The notes under the pieces: generated by a model
Databases searched by the model: none
What the model saw: only the letters and a program-made list of their open reading frames with translations
What the model was told of the DNA's origin: nothing
IMG/VR virus record: IMGVR_UViG_3300030330_002209
Span: 47,244-67,243 of that record
Source of the DNA: an uncultured virus (IMG/VR IMGVR_UViG_3300030330_002209)
Lineage: Duplodnaviria; Heunggongvirae; Uroviricota; Caudoviricetes
DNA length: 20,000 bases
Direction: 5' to 3' (one strand)
Part shown: positions 1 to 7,847 of the stretch, one piece after another
How the letters are laid out: each line of letters begins with the position of its first letter
How positions within the stretch are numbered: position 1 is the first letter of the stretch
Translations under genes and position numbers: made by a program

Positions 1-1
1 T

Positions 2-2779
2 GACTTTGACGAAACACTAATTGACAAAGGAGAAAACTTTATTATAGCTAGAAAAGACGGACAAGAAGTTAAGATTAGTTCTGGTCAATGGCCTATACAA
101 GGGCCTCAATATGCGGCTGACGGTTGGACTTTTGATTTTACAGATTTTGTAAATGTAAGAGGTGGTATTGAAGGACCGCTATTACAAAAAATGAGAAATC
201 AAATTAAAAAGTATGGACCAGAGAACGTATATGTTTTAACAGCTAGACCTGCTGAGTCTGCTACAGCTATACACGGTTGGCTAAAAACTAAAGGCATAAA
301 CATACCTTTAAAAAATATTACTGGCCTAGGCAATAGTACTGGCGATGCTAAAGCTGCTTGGTTTTTAGAAAAGTATGCAGAAGGCTATAATGATATGTAC
401 TTTGTTGACGACGCTTTACCAAACGTAGAGGCTGTTAAACACGTGTTTGATCAACTAGATATTAAAGGTAAGTCTGTTATTGTAAGACCTAGATATAGCC
501 TTGACCCAGAGTCAAAGCTTAATGAAATGTTAGAGCGTAGCAAGGGCGTTGATAGAAACCAAACTTTCAATAGAGTTCAAGCAAGAAATAAAGGTAAAGG
601 AAATAGAATAAGACAATTATTTATACCACCTAGCGCAGATGACTTTGAAGGTTTAATGTACTATAACTATGGTAAAGGAGAGCAAGGTAATGCTGATGCT
701 CAATTTTTCAAAGAAATGTTTTTTGATCCGTATAATAGAGCGGATAGAGAGCTTGACATGTATAAGCAGACGTTAAGAGAAGATGTTATGGCTATTAAAA
801 AGCAATTTCCAAAAGTTGCTAAAAAGCTTAACAAAGACTTTGCTAAAACTGGCTATACTAACGAGCAGGCTATGCGTATATACATATACAACAAATACGG
901 ATATGAAGTTCCTGGCATGTCTTTTGAAGAGGTTACTGCTATAGCAGAAGCTGTAGCAGCAGACTCTGAAATGGCTGCGTTTGCTGATCTAATGGACAAA
1001 GCAATGAAGATGGACTTTTACGTTCAACCAAGATTAGGTTGGAACGCCAGCTCTTTCAATGGTGATATGGCTGATGCTGCTAGAGCAAAAAGAGAAATAT
1101 TCTTACAAGAGTGGGTAGAAAATATAGACGCTACTTTTACTCCTGAAATGCTTAACAAGCTAGAAGCTATACATGGCTCTGGCTATAGAAGTGCTCTTGA
1201 AGACTCGATAGCTCGTATGAAGTCTGGAACTAATAGACCTACAATTAAGAATAAACAAGTTAATAATTTCTTAGACTGGCTAAACGGTTCTGTTGGTGCT
1301 ATTATGTTCTTTAATGCTAGATCTGCTGTACTACAGACTTTATCTACAGTTAACTTTATTAACTTTGAAGACAACAATGTGTTTGCAGCTGCTAGAGCGT
1401 TTGGTAACCAAAAACAATATTGGGCAGACTTTGTGTTTTTGTTTAACTCTCCTATGCTTAAACAACGACGCGGCGGTATACAGTCTGACCTAAATGCTTC
1501 AGAGCTTGCTAGACTAGCAGAGAAAGGTGGTGTTAGGGCTGTTATAGGTAGATTACTTCAGTTTGGTTTTACTCCTACGCAGATAGCGGATAGCTTTGCT
1601 ATTGCGGCCGGTGGTTCTACATACTATAGAAACAGAGTTAATAAGTATGTTAAAGAAGGTATGAGTCAAACAGAGGCTGAAACAAGAGCGTTTGAAGACT
1701 TTCAAGAAATAGCAGAAGCTACTCAGCAGTCTAGTAGGCCAGATAAAATATCTCAAGAGCAAGCTTCGGTATTAGGTCGTTTGATACTAGCGTTTCAAAA
1801 TACGCCAATGCAGTATAACAGGCTTATAAAGAAAGCAGCGCTAGACTTAATTAACGGTAGAGGTGATTGGAGAAGTAATGTGTCGAGAATAATTTACTAT
1901 GGAGCTGCTCAAAATATTATATTCTCAGCCCTTCAAAACGCTTTGTTTGCTGTAATGTTTGATGATGACGATCAAGATGATGAGTTTTTAGATACTAAAG
2001 TACAAAGAATAGGTAATAGTACATTAGACTCACTTCTTAGAGGTTCCGGTATATATGGCGCTATATTATCTACAGCTAAAAATACCATCATGCGATTTAT
2101 GTATGAAAGAGAAAAAGGCAAACGAGCGGATCATGGTAGAACTTTAGTTGAAGCTTTAAATGTATCTCCACCTCTTGGTTCAAAAGCTAGAAAAATGTAT
2201 TCAGCTATGACTACAGATAAGTGGGATAAAGATATTTACGATAAAATACCTTTGTACAATATTGATAATCCTATATGGGCTGCTGCTGGTAACGTTGTAG
2301 AAGCTTTAACAAATATTCCAGCTGGACGTATACAAAGAAAAATATCTAATTTAAAAGCAGCTTTAGATAATGAGACTGCTACGTGGCAAAGATTAGCTTT
2401 ATTTTTAGGTTGGGACAAGTGGAGTTTAGGACTTGAAGAGCCAGAAGAAATAAAGCAAGCTGAAGAAGAAGCTAAAGAAGATAAAAAGAAAAAGAAAAAA
2501 GAAGATAAAAAGATAGAAGATAAACAAAAAGAGCAAGAGTTTTTACAAGATCAAAAAAGAGAAAAAGAAGAAGGAGAAAAGCCTAGATGTGCTGCTGTCA
2601 CTAGAAGCGGAACAAGATGTAAAGGAACTCCTGTAGACGGAACCTACTGTACTATACATACAAAAACAGAAAAAAGGAGTGATGGTAAAGAAGTACAATG
2701 TAAAAAAATAAAATCTAACGGTGATCGCTGTAAGATGAAAACAACAAATAAATCTGGATTATGTTATTATCACGACTAA
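2..2779 (+). CDS. Giant virion/ejection-type (polyvalent) protein, 5'-truncated: HAD-superfamily phosphatase domain, long helical region, charged linker and two C-terminal CCCH zinc fingers
   Basis: The frame is open from position 2 (DFDETLIDKGENF...GPLLQK) into the listed ORF at 191, so the gene begins upstream of the window. HAD motifs DFDET, LTAR, K (DAKAAW) and FVDD are present. The helical C-terminal half (QQSSRPDKIS...AFQNTPMQY) resembles phage ejection proteins. It ends with C-x9-C-x9/10-C-x2-H twice. Confidence 0.7.
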   Translation, partial: DFDETLIDKGENFIIARKDGQEVKISSGQWPIQGPQYAADGWTFDFTDFVNVRGGIEGPLLQKMRNQIKKYGPENVYVLTARPAESATAIHGWLKTKGINIPLKNITGLGNSTGDAKAAWFLEKYAEGYNDMYFVDDALPNVEAVKHVFDQLDIKGKSVIVRPRYSLDPESKLNEMLERSKGVDRNQTFNRVQARNKGKGNRIRQLFIPPSADDFEGLMYYNYGKGEQGNADAQFFKEMFFDPYNRADRELDMYKQTLREDVMAIKKQFPKVAKKLNKDFAKTGYTNEQAMRIYIYNKYGYEVPGMSFEEVTAIAEAVAADSEMAAFADLMDKAMKMDFYVQPRLGWNASSFNGDMADAARAKREIFLQEWVENIDATFTPEMLNKLEAIHGSGYRSALEDSIARMKSGTNRPTIKNKQVNNFLDWLNGSVGAIMFFNARSAVLQTLSTVNFINFEDNNVFAAARAFGNQKQYWADFVFLFNSPMLKQRRGGIQSDLNASELARLAEKGGVRAVIGRLLQFGFTPTQIADSFAIAAGGSTYYRNRVNKYVKEGMSQTEAETRAFEDFQEIAEATQQSSRPDKISQEQASVLGRLILAFQNTPMQYNRLIKKAALDLINGRGDWRSNVSRIIYYGAAQNIIFSALQNALFAVMFDDDDQDDEFLDTKVQRIGNSTLDSLLRGSGIYGAILSTAKNTIMRFMYEREKGKRADHGRTLVEALNVSPPLGSKARKMYSAMTTDKWDKDIYDKIPLYNIDNPIWAAAGNVVEALTNIPAGRIQRKISNLKAALDNETATWQRLALFLGWDKWSLGLEEPEEIKQAEEEAKEDKKKKKKEDKKIEDKQKEQEFLQDQKREKEEGEKPRCAAVTRSGTRCKGTPVDGTYCTIHTKTEKRSDGKEVQCKKIKSNGDRCKMKTTNKSGLCYYHD

Positions 2780-3795
2780 TAGTTATATTGGTTTTAATAT
2801 GTAGCACGGCTAGTGCTCAAACGTTAAAAAAAGCTTTTAAGTTTTCTACGTTCTACGTAGCGGCTAACGGTAACACATCGCTGGCTGATAGAGATATATA
2901 CTCTGTGCAAGATGGCGCTGTGCTGTATGATACGGTGTTTACTCCATTTGACTATTCGTTAGTTATGGGTATACGTAAGATAAAACGTTTTCAATACGAA
3001 GGCACGTCACCATTTAAAGATGGTACTGAATCTGCTTACGGAGATGCTGCTAGTGTAGGTTTATCGCCGTTTGAATACTTGTTTGAAATAGATTATAAAC
3101 GTCAAGAGGGTATAGAATATATAGATCAACAACATTTCATTAGATACGCTAAAAACAAATGGTTGGCTAAAGTAGAATATGTTAAAGACGGTTTTGCAGA
3201 TATAGAGTATTTTGAAAGCACACAGAGACTAAGGTTGCGAGGTAAAAAGAAGTTGTCTTTTAATATAGGCGCAGTACAAAGGTTAGCCGAGCCTTATGGA
3301 TTTGATCCGTTAGAGCAGTGGCAACTTGAAAACAATTACTTACATTATACATGTCTAGCTATTGAAGAAGGTTATTCAGTAGACGTATATGAAAACGAAT
3401 ATAAAGATCCTGACGGTAATATAGTAGCAACTAGCGCTGATGTTTGGAAGCAAGTTGTTATACCTGAAGTCTTAGAAAATTATGTTGAAAAGAAAAGAAA
3501 CGAACTACCTAATCAATGGCAACAGTCTTTAGTTGTTGGCTTTGATTATTATCATTATACTAAAAACTTTTGGTTACATAGCTGGGGTAATTTAATGCCT
3601 TATCACTATGATGATGGTAACAGTTATTCATATCATAATTTCGTTGGAGGACAGTGGTATGATTATTCAGGTGGTTTAATATTTGGAACTAAAATAAATA
3701 AACATTTAGGCTTGTTTGTTGAAGGCAAGTATAATAAGTACTGGAATCGTGAGTGGTACGATTTTAAGTGCGGTATCAACTATGTAATATTCTAA
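2761..3795 (+). CDS. Putative outer-membrane beta-barrel protein with signal peptide
   Basis: Sec signal peptide ending ASA|Q. Many amphipathic, aromatic-rich strands (SLVVGFDYYHY, NFWLHSWGN, LGLFVEGKY). The C-terminal strand FKCGINYVIF ends in Phe, like a BAM beta-signal. Confidence 0.65.
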   Translation: MLLSRLIVILVLICSTASAQTLKKAFKFSTFYVAANGNTSLADRDIYSVQDGAVLYDTVFTPFDYSLVMGIRKIKRFQYEGTSPFKDGTESAYGDAASVGLSPFEYLFEIDYKRQEGIEYIDQQHFIRYAKNKWLAKVEYVKDGFADIEYFESTQRLRLRGKKKLSFNIGAVQRLAEPYGFDPLEQWQLENNYLHYTCLAIEEGYSVDVYENEYKDPDGNIVATSADVWKQVVIPEVLENYVEKKRNELPNQWQQSLVVGFDYYHYTKNFWLHSWGNLMPYHYDDGNSYSYHNFVGGQWYDYSGGLIFGTKINKHLGLFVEGKYNKYWNREWYDFKCGINYVIF

Positions 3796-3798
3796 GGT

Positions 3799-4077
3799 AT
3801 GGCAACTGAAATAGGTAAAGACACAAAAGTAAAATTAAGCTTGGAAACTATCATTTCTCTAGGAGTTGTGTTAGTAAGTATGACTGGCATGTGGTTCACG
3901 CTTCAAGCAGATATTGCTGAAGCTAAAGAACTTCCTGAACCACCAGCTCCAGAAGTTACACGTATGGAATTTCAAATGAAAGATGAAATGATACGTAACA
4001 CTATCATGACAACCCAAGAAGACGTTAAAGAAATTAAAGAGTCTATTGGAAAAATAGAAGACAAACTCTATCAATAA
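3799..4077 (+). CDS. Small single-pass membrane protein with C-terminal coiled coil (holin/spanin-like or cassette accessory)
   Basis: One hydrophobic segment (IISLGVVLVSMTGMWFTL), a Pro-rich linker and a heptad tail (VKEIKESIGKIEDKLY). TAATG-coupled to the next gene. Confidence 0.55.
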   Translation: MATEIGKDTKVKLSLETIISLGVVLVSMTGMWFTLQADIAEAKELPEPPAPEVTRMEFQMKDEMIRNTIMTTQEDVKEIKESIGKIEDKLYQ

Positions 4078-4421
4078 TGAAAGTTTGTATAGCAAAATAC
4101 TTGTATGCGCTAATCATGATATTAGTGTTTACAGCAGCTACAGCTTTTAGTCAAGTAAAAGTAATACACTTTAATGCTGGCTGGAACTCAGCAAACGACG
4201 TTGAGTGGTTTAATAAACTGTCAGATGCTGGTAAGAAAAGCTTAAGTATAGACGATCAAAATATACAAAAAAAATATGCTATTGCTATTGTACCTACTAT
4301 CATTGTGTTTGATGACGGCGAAGAAGTAAAACGTTTTCAAGCAGACCTTAGTTTTAAGATGGTTGCAACTCGCGAAGAAATACAAGAATATATAGACGAA
4401 CTTATTATAAGTAAATTCTAA
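4077..4421 (+). CDS. Exported thioredoxin-fold protein lacking CxxC
   Basis: Signal peptide ending AFS|Q. VIHFNAGWNSAN aligns with the thioredoxin VDFWAxWCxxC motif. KKYAIAIVPTIIVFDDGEEVKRF matches the cis-Pro loop and beta hairpin. The mature part has no Cys. Confidence 0.75.
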   Translation: MKVCIAKYLYALIMILVFTAATAFSQVKVIHFNAGWNSANDVEWFNKLSDAGKKSLSIDDQNIQKKYAIAIVPTIIVFDDGEEVKRFQADLSFKMVATREEIQEYIDELIISKF

Positions 4422-6418
4422 TGAAGAGATTATTTACATTTTTATTTTTATTTAACATTGCTTTTGCTCAGTGTCCTCCAAACACTTGGGGTTTAAATGT
4501 TACTATAAACCCTGACCAATATCCACAAGAAACATCTTGGTATATTATGACTTTCTTTGGTGATACACTTTTAGAAGGCGGGCCATATACTAACATAATA
4601 GACTATGAACCACAGTATGCTAGTATTTGTTTACCTGTTGATAGTTTTTACTTTGTATTAAACGACACATACGGAGATGGTGTAGCAGGTAGTTTATGGG
4701 GTGGTAACGATGGCTCTGTGTACATAGAACAATGTGGTGACACGTTGTGGGAGCTGCCAGTAGCAGACTTTGGCAATCAAATATGGGACGTAATATATAC
4801 GTCTGGTTGTCCTCCGCCACCGCCAGTGTTTGGTTGTATGGACTCTAGCTATGTAGAGTTTGACATAGCAGCTACAGCAGACACAGGTATGTGTTTCACG
4901 CCAAAAATATATGGTTGTACAGACTCACTAGCGTATAATTATATAGACTCAGCTAATACAGATATAAATATAGATAGCTGCATGCATGAGTTAGAATTAA
5001 CAGATTTAGCTGGTAACGGTTGGGCTGGATCTAGTTTAAAGTTAGCGCAAGCTACAAGTTTAATACCACCGTTTAATTATCAAGACATCGGCACGTACAC
5101 ATTGCTAGATGGTTTTGATACTACGTTTTTCGTAAACTTAGCAGCAGGATATCCTGTTAGAGCGGTATTTGAAATAACACAGCAGTCAGATTTTACTGCG
5201 GTGCAATGCGGTTATAGCTTATACTCTGAAGATTATGTATCTATAGATATTGAAGGAGGTTTTGTAAATCCTATACCACCATTTTTCCCTATTATAGGTG
5301 AACCATATTGTGGTAATACTTGTGTTGAAAGAGTTTATGGCTGCACAGATGTAGCAGCTTTAAACTACAACGCTTTAGCTAACACTGATGATAGTACTTG
5401 TTACTACTTAGTGGGTTGTACAAACCCTATATATTTGGAGTATAATCCTGCAGCTGATTATGATGATGGTAGCTGCGCTACGCTAGTTGTTGTTGGTTGC
5501 ATGGATTCTACTGCTTTTAATTATGATCCAGCCGCCAACGTAGAACTAGCAGGCTCTTGTATACCTACAGTACTAGGTTGTATGAACGAGTTTGCTTTTA
5601 ACTATAATCCATTAGCAAACACACCTGATACTTGTATAGCTGTTGTTGAAGGTTGTATGGATGCCACGGCAATGAACTATGATTCATTAGCAAATGTAAG
5701 CGATAACTCTTGCATTTACTATGCTTATGGCTGTACAGATCCAACGGCATTTAACTATGATCCGCTGGCAAACACAGACGATGGTAGTTGTGTAGAAGTA
5801 GTTTACGGTTGTATGGACGCAACAATGTTTAATTTTAATCCTGACGCTAACACAGACAATGGCAGTTGTATACCTTTTTACTATGGTTGCATGGACAGTA
5901 CCGCGCTCAATTACGATGACGATGCTAACACTGATAACGGTTCTTGTGTCTATGCTATTTATGGTTGCAATGATCCGACTGCTATTAACTACGATCCGCT
6001 TGTTAACACACCTGACTCAACATGTGAATATTCTGCTGGTTGCGCTATTGGTGACGTCTATACTTTACCTAATGATTGTTTTGCTTGGGTTATAGAAGTT
6101 GACGAATATTGTTGTGATGTAGCTTGGGACCCTGGTTGTATTAGTTTATACGAATATTGTCAAGACGGTTGGTCAGGCCCTACAGATATAATAGAGATTA
6201 GATATGGCCTTATTACATATCCAAATCCTACAAGTGATTATATATACATAAATAGTAGATTAAAAGTTGACATTACAGTCATTAATATGCTGGGGGATAT
6301 AGTTATATCTAAGAAAAAAGTTAATGTCTTAGATGTCTTTAAATTAACTCCTGGCGTATACAATTTAATAATTGAACACGAAAATATAAAAGTTAATAAA
6401 AAAATAATAAAAAAGTAA
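4421..6418 (+). CDS. Secreted Cys-rich repeat protein with type-A T9SS (Por secretion) C-terminal sorting domain
   Basis: Signal peptide ending AFA|Q. N-terminal domain of the type DQYPQETSW...NDTYGDG. Eleven GC[TMN][DN]...C repeats. The C-terminus YPNPTSDYIYI...VINMLG...LTPGVYNLII...KKIIKK has the YPNP, G, GxY and KxxK hallmarks of type-A CTDs. Confidence 0.85.
   Translation: MKRLFTFLFLFNIAFAQCPPNTWGLNVTINPDQYPQETSWYIMTFFGDTLLEGGPYTNIIDYEPQYASICLPVDSFYFVLNDTYGDGVAGSLWGGNDGSVYIEQCGDTLWELPVADFGNQIWDVIYTSGCPPPPPVFGCMDSSYVEFDIAATADTGMCFTPKIYGCTDSLAYNYIDSANTDINIDSCMHELELTDLAGNGWAGSSLKLAQATSLIPPFNYQDIGTYTLLDGFDTTFFVNLAAGYPVRAVFEITQQSDFTAVQCGYSLYSEDYVSIDIEGGFVNPIPPFFPIIGEPYCGNTCVERVYGCTDVAALNYNALANTDDSTCYYLVGCTNPIYLEYNPAADYDDGSCATLVVVGCMDSTAFNYDPAANVELAGSCIPTVLGCMNEFAFNYNPLANTPDTCIAVVEGCMDATAMNYDSLANVSDNSCIYYAYGCTDPTAFNYDPLANTDDGSCVEVVYGCMDATMFNFNPDANTDNGSCIPFYYGCMDSTALNYDDDANTDNGSCVYAIYGCNDPTAINYDPLVNTPDSTCEYSAGCAIGDVYTLPNDCFAWVIEVDEYCCDVAWDPGCISLYEYCQDGWSGPTDIIEIRYGLITYPNPTSDYIYINSRLKVDITVINMLGDIVISKKKVNVLDVFKLTPGVYNLIIEHENIKVNKKIIKK
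5339..6025 (+). repeat. Tandem array of nine ~26-aa GCxD-type Cys-bracketed coding repeats; two more copies lie at 4832-4981
   Basis: Examples: GCTDPTAFNYDPLANTDDGSC, GCMDATMFNFNPDANTDNGSC, GCMDSTALNYDDDANTDNGSC. Period is about 78 nt and the copies are diverged at DNA level. Confidence 0.9.
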
Positions 6419-6768
6419 TGGCAGTACTATCAGTTCAAGATATTACGGAAGCTGGTTTAACACCTTCGTTTGCAGCTGCTACTAACGGCACTGACAACGT
6501 TATAAACACTGGTGTTGAGTTTTTAGTAGTTAAAAACGGGCATGGCTCTGCTACTAGGACAGTTACCGTTACAGCGCAGACAACAAGTGTTGTTGATGCT
6601 ACGTTTGGCGTGTTAGCTAAAAGTAATATAGCTAAAACAATAGCGGCTGGTGCTGAAGCATATATAGGTCCTTTTCCTGTAGCTGCTTTTAACAACGCTA
6701 GTAGTCAAATAGTCATTACATACTCAGATTCAGCTGCCGACATAACGATCGGAGCTTTTAAATTATAA
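6418..6768 (+). CDS. Small beta-rich putative virion structural/decoration protein
   Basis: 116 aa, rich in Ala/Thr/Val, no signal peptide. The pattern NTGVEFLVVKNG...TVTV...IAAGAEAYIGPF resembles phage head-associated proteins. Confidence 0.5.
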   Translation: MAVLSVQDITEAGLTPSFAAATNGTDNVINTGVEFLVVKNGHGSATRTVTVTAQTTSVVDATFGVLAKSNIAKTIAAGAEAYIGPFPVAAFNNASSQIVITYSDSAADITIGAFKL

Positions 6769-6787
6769 AGATTAAAACAATAATAAA

Positions 6788-7159
6788 ATGGCAACATTAA
6801 CACCAACATTAACATTAGCTAGTACAGACGCTACTTCTGACACTGCTTTTACTTTTACAGTAACAGATGCTTTAACAGTAGACAACGCTGGTCCTTTTCA
6901 AGGCTTATCTAGAAAAACTATAACAACTGCAGATAATCAAGAGCTAGTAGACGAAGCAACTAGTGGAGTATTTTACTTCTATGCTAAAAACATTGACACA
7001 ACTAACTTTGTAGTACTTCAAACTACAGCTAGTGTTCAGTATGCTAGACTAAGCCCAGGAGAATTTTGCTTTTTTCCTATAAACGATGGAGCTGGTTTAG
7101 AAGCTAGAGCTGATACTGCTAGTTGTGTTTTAGAATTTGCGTTCTTTAAAAAAGGATAA
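6788..7159 (+). CDS. Small beta-rich putative virion structural protein
   Basis: 123 aa, Thr/Ala-rich, starts MATLTPTLTL, with YFYAKN...RLSPGEFCFFP motifs of a beta-sandwich type. It lies in the late-gene arm. Confidence 0.5.
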   Translation: MATLTPTLTLASTDATSDTAFTFTVTDALTVDNAGPFQGLSRKTITTADNQELVDEATSGVFYFYAKNIDTTNFVVLQTTASVQYARLSPGEFCFFPINDGAGLEARADTASCVLEFAFFKKG

Positions 7160-7626
7160 TGCAGTTAGAAGTATTAAGATTTAGTTCTCAAGCTGACTCT
7201 ACATCTGGTTTGTTATTTGAGTTAACAGACTTAGGTAGAAAGTTCATGTGTTACACGCTTGAAGACGAGCGTAGAGCTTTAAAAGTAAAAGGTGAAACAC
7301 GTGTACCTGCTGGTACTTATAAAATTGAATTAAGAACTGAAGGTGGTTTTCATGGTAGATACACTAAGAAATATCCTGGTATACACCGTGGTATGCTTCA
7401 TATCACTGATGTTCCTAACTTTGAGTATATTCTTATTCATACCGGAAACACCGATGAGCACACGGCAGGGTGCCTTATTGTCGGTGACGCGCAAGAAAAC
7501 AATTTACTTTTACCCGATGGTTTTGTTGGTAAGAGTGTTAATGCTTATAAGAGAATATATCCGTCTATTGCGAAAGCAATTGCAGACGGAGAAGAAGTAA
7601 CAATAACATATAAAGACTACGACTAA
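7159..7626 (+). CDS. DUF5675-like protein with YkuD/L,D-transpeptidase-like His-Cys motif; putative endolysin
   Basis: CYTLED, VPAGTY and ILIHTGNTDEHTAGCLIVG match the family pattern (HxGN...TxGC). Confidence 0.75.
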   Translation: MQLEVLRFSSQADSTSGLLFELTDLGRKFMCYTLEDERRALKVKGETRVPAGTYKIELRTEGGFHGRYTKKYPGIHRGMLHITDVPNFEYILIHTGNTDEHTAGCLIVGDAQENNLLLPDGFVGKSVNAYKRIYPSIAKAIADGEEVTITYKDYD

Positions 7627-7847
7627 TGGCGTACAAGATGAAATATAAAGGGTACATTGGCAAAGGAAAATCACCAATGAGAATTTTAGGGATGAGTAGA
7701 GAAGAGCAGCTAGATAAGCAGCATGAAGATAAAATTAAAAAAGATAAACAAGTTCTAGAAGAACAAAAATTAACAACTGATATAGCTGAACTAGATAAAA
7801 GATTTAGAGATGCTATGGTAGTTAATCCTGCTTCTAGAAATAGGTAA
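7626..7847 (+). CDS. Small hypothetical protein with MAYKMK leader
   Basis: 73-aa ORF, TAATG-coupled to the upstream gene and abutting the next. Confidence 0.6.
   Translation: MAYKMKYKGYIGKGKSPMRILGMSREEQLDKQHEDKIKKDKQVLEEQKLTTDIAELDKRFRDAMVVNPASRNR

Noticed and set aside
191..193. ATG at 191 as the start of the giant gene
   Set aside because: The frame is open to the window edge and includes HAD motif I, so the true start is upstream.
4077..4421. Thioredoxin acting as RNR reductant
   Set aside because: It has no CxxC and carries an export signal.
5339..6025. Periodic ~78-nt repeats as a CRISPR array or DGR template/variable repeat
   Set aside because: The repeats are in-frame, conserved at protein level and diverged at synonymous sites. 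There are no identical direct repeats with spacers, no adenine-specific pair and no reverse transcriptase in the window.
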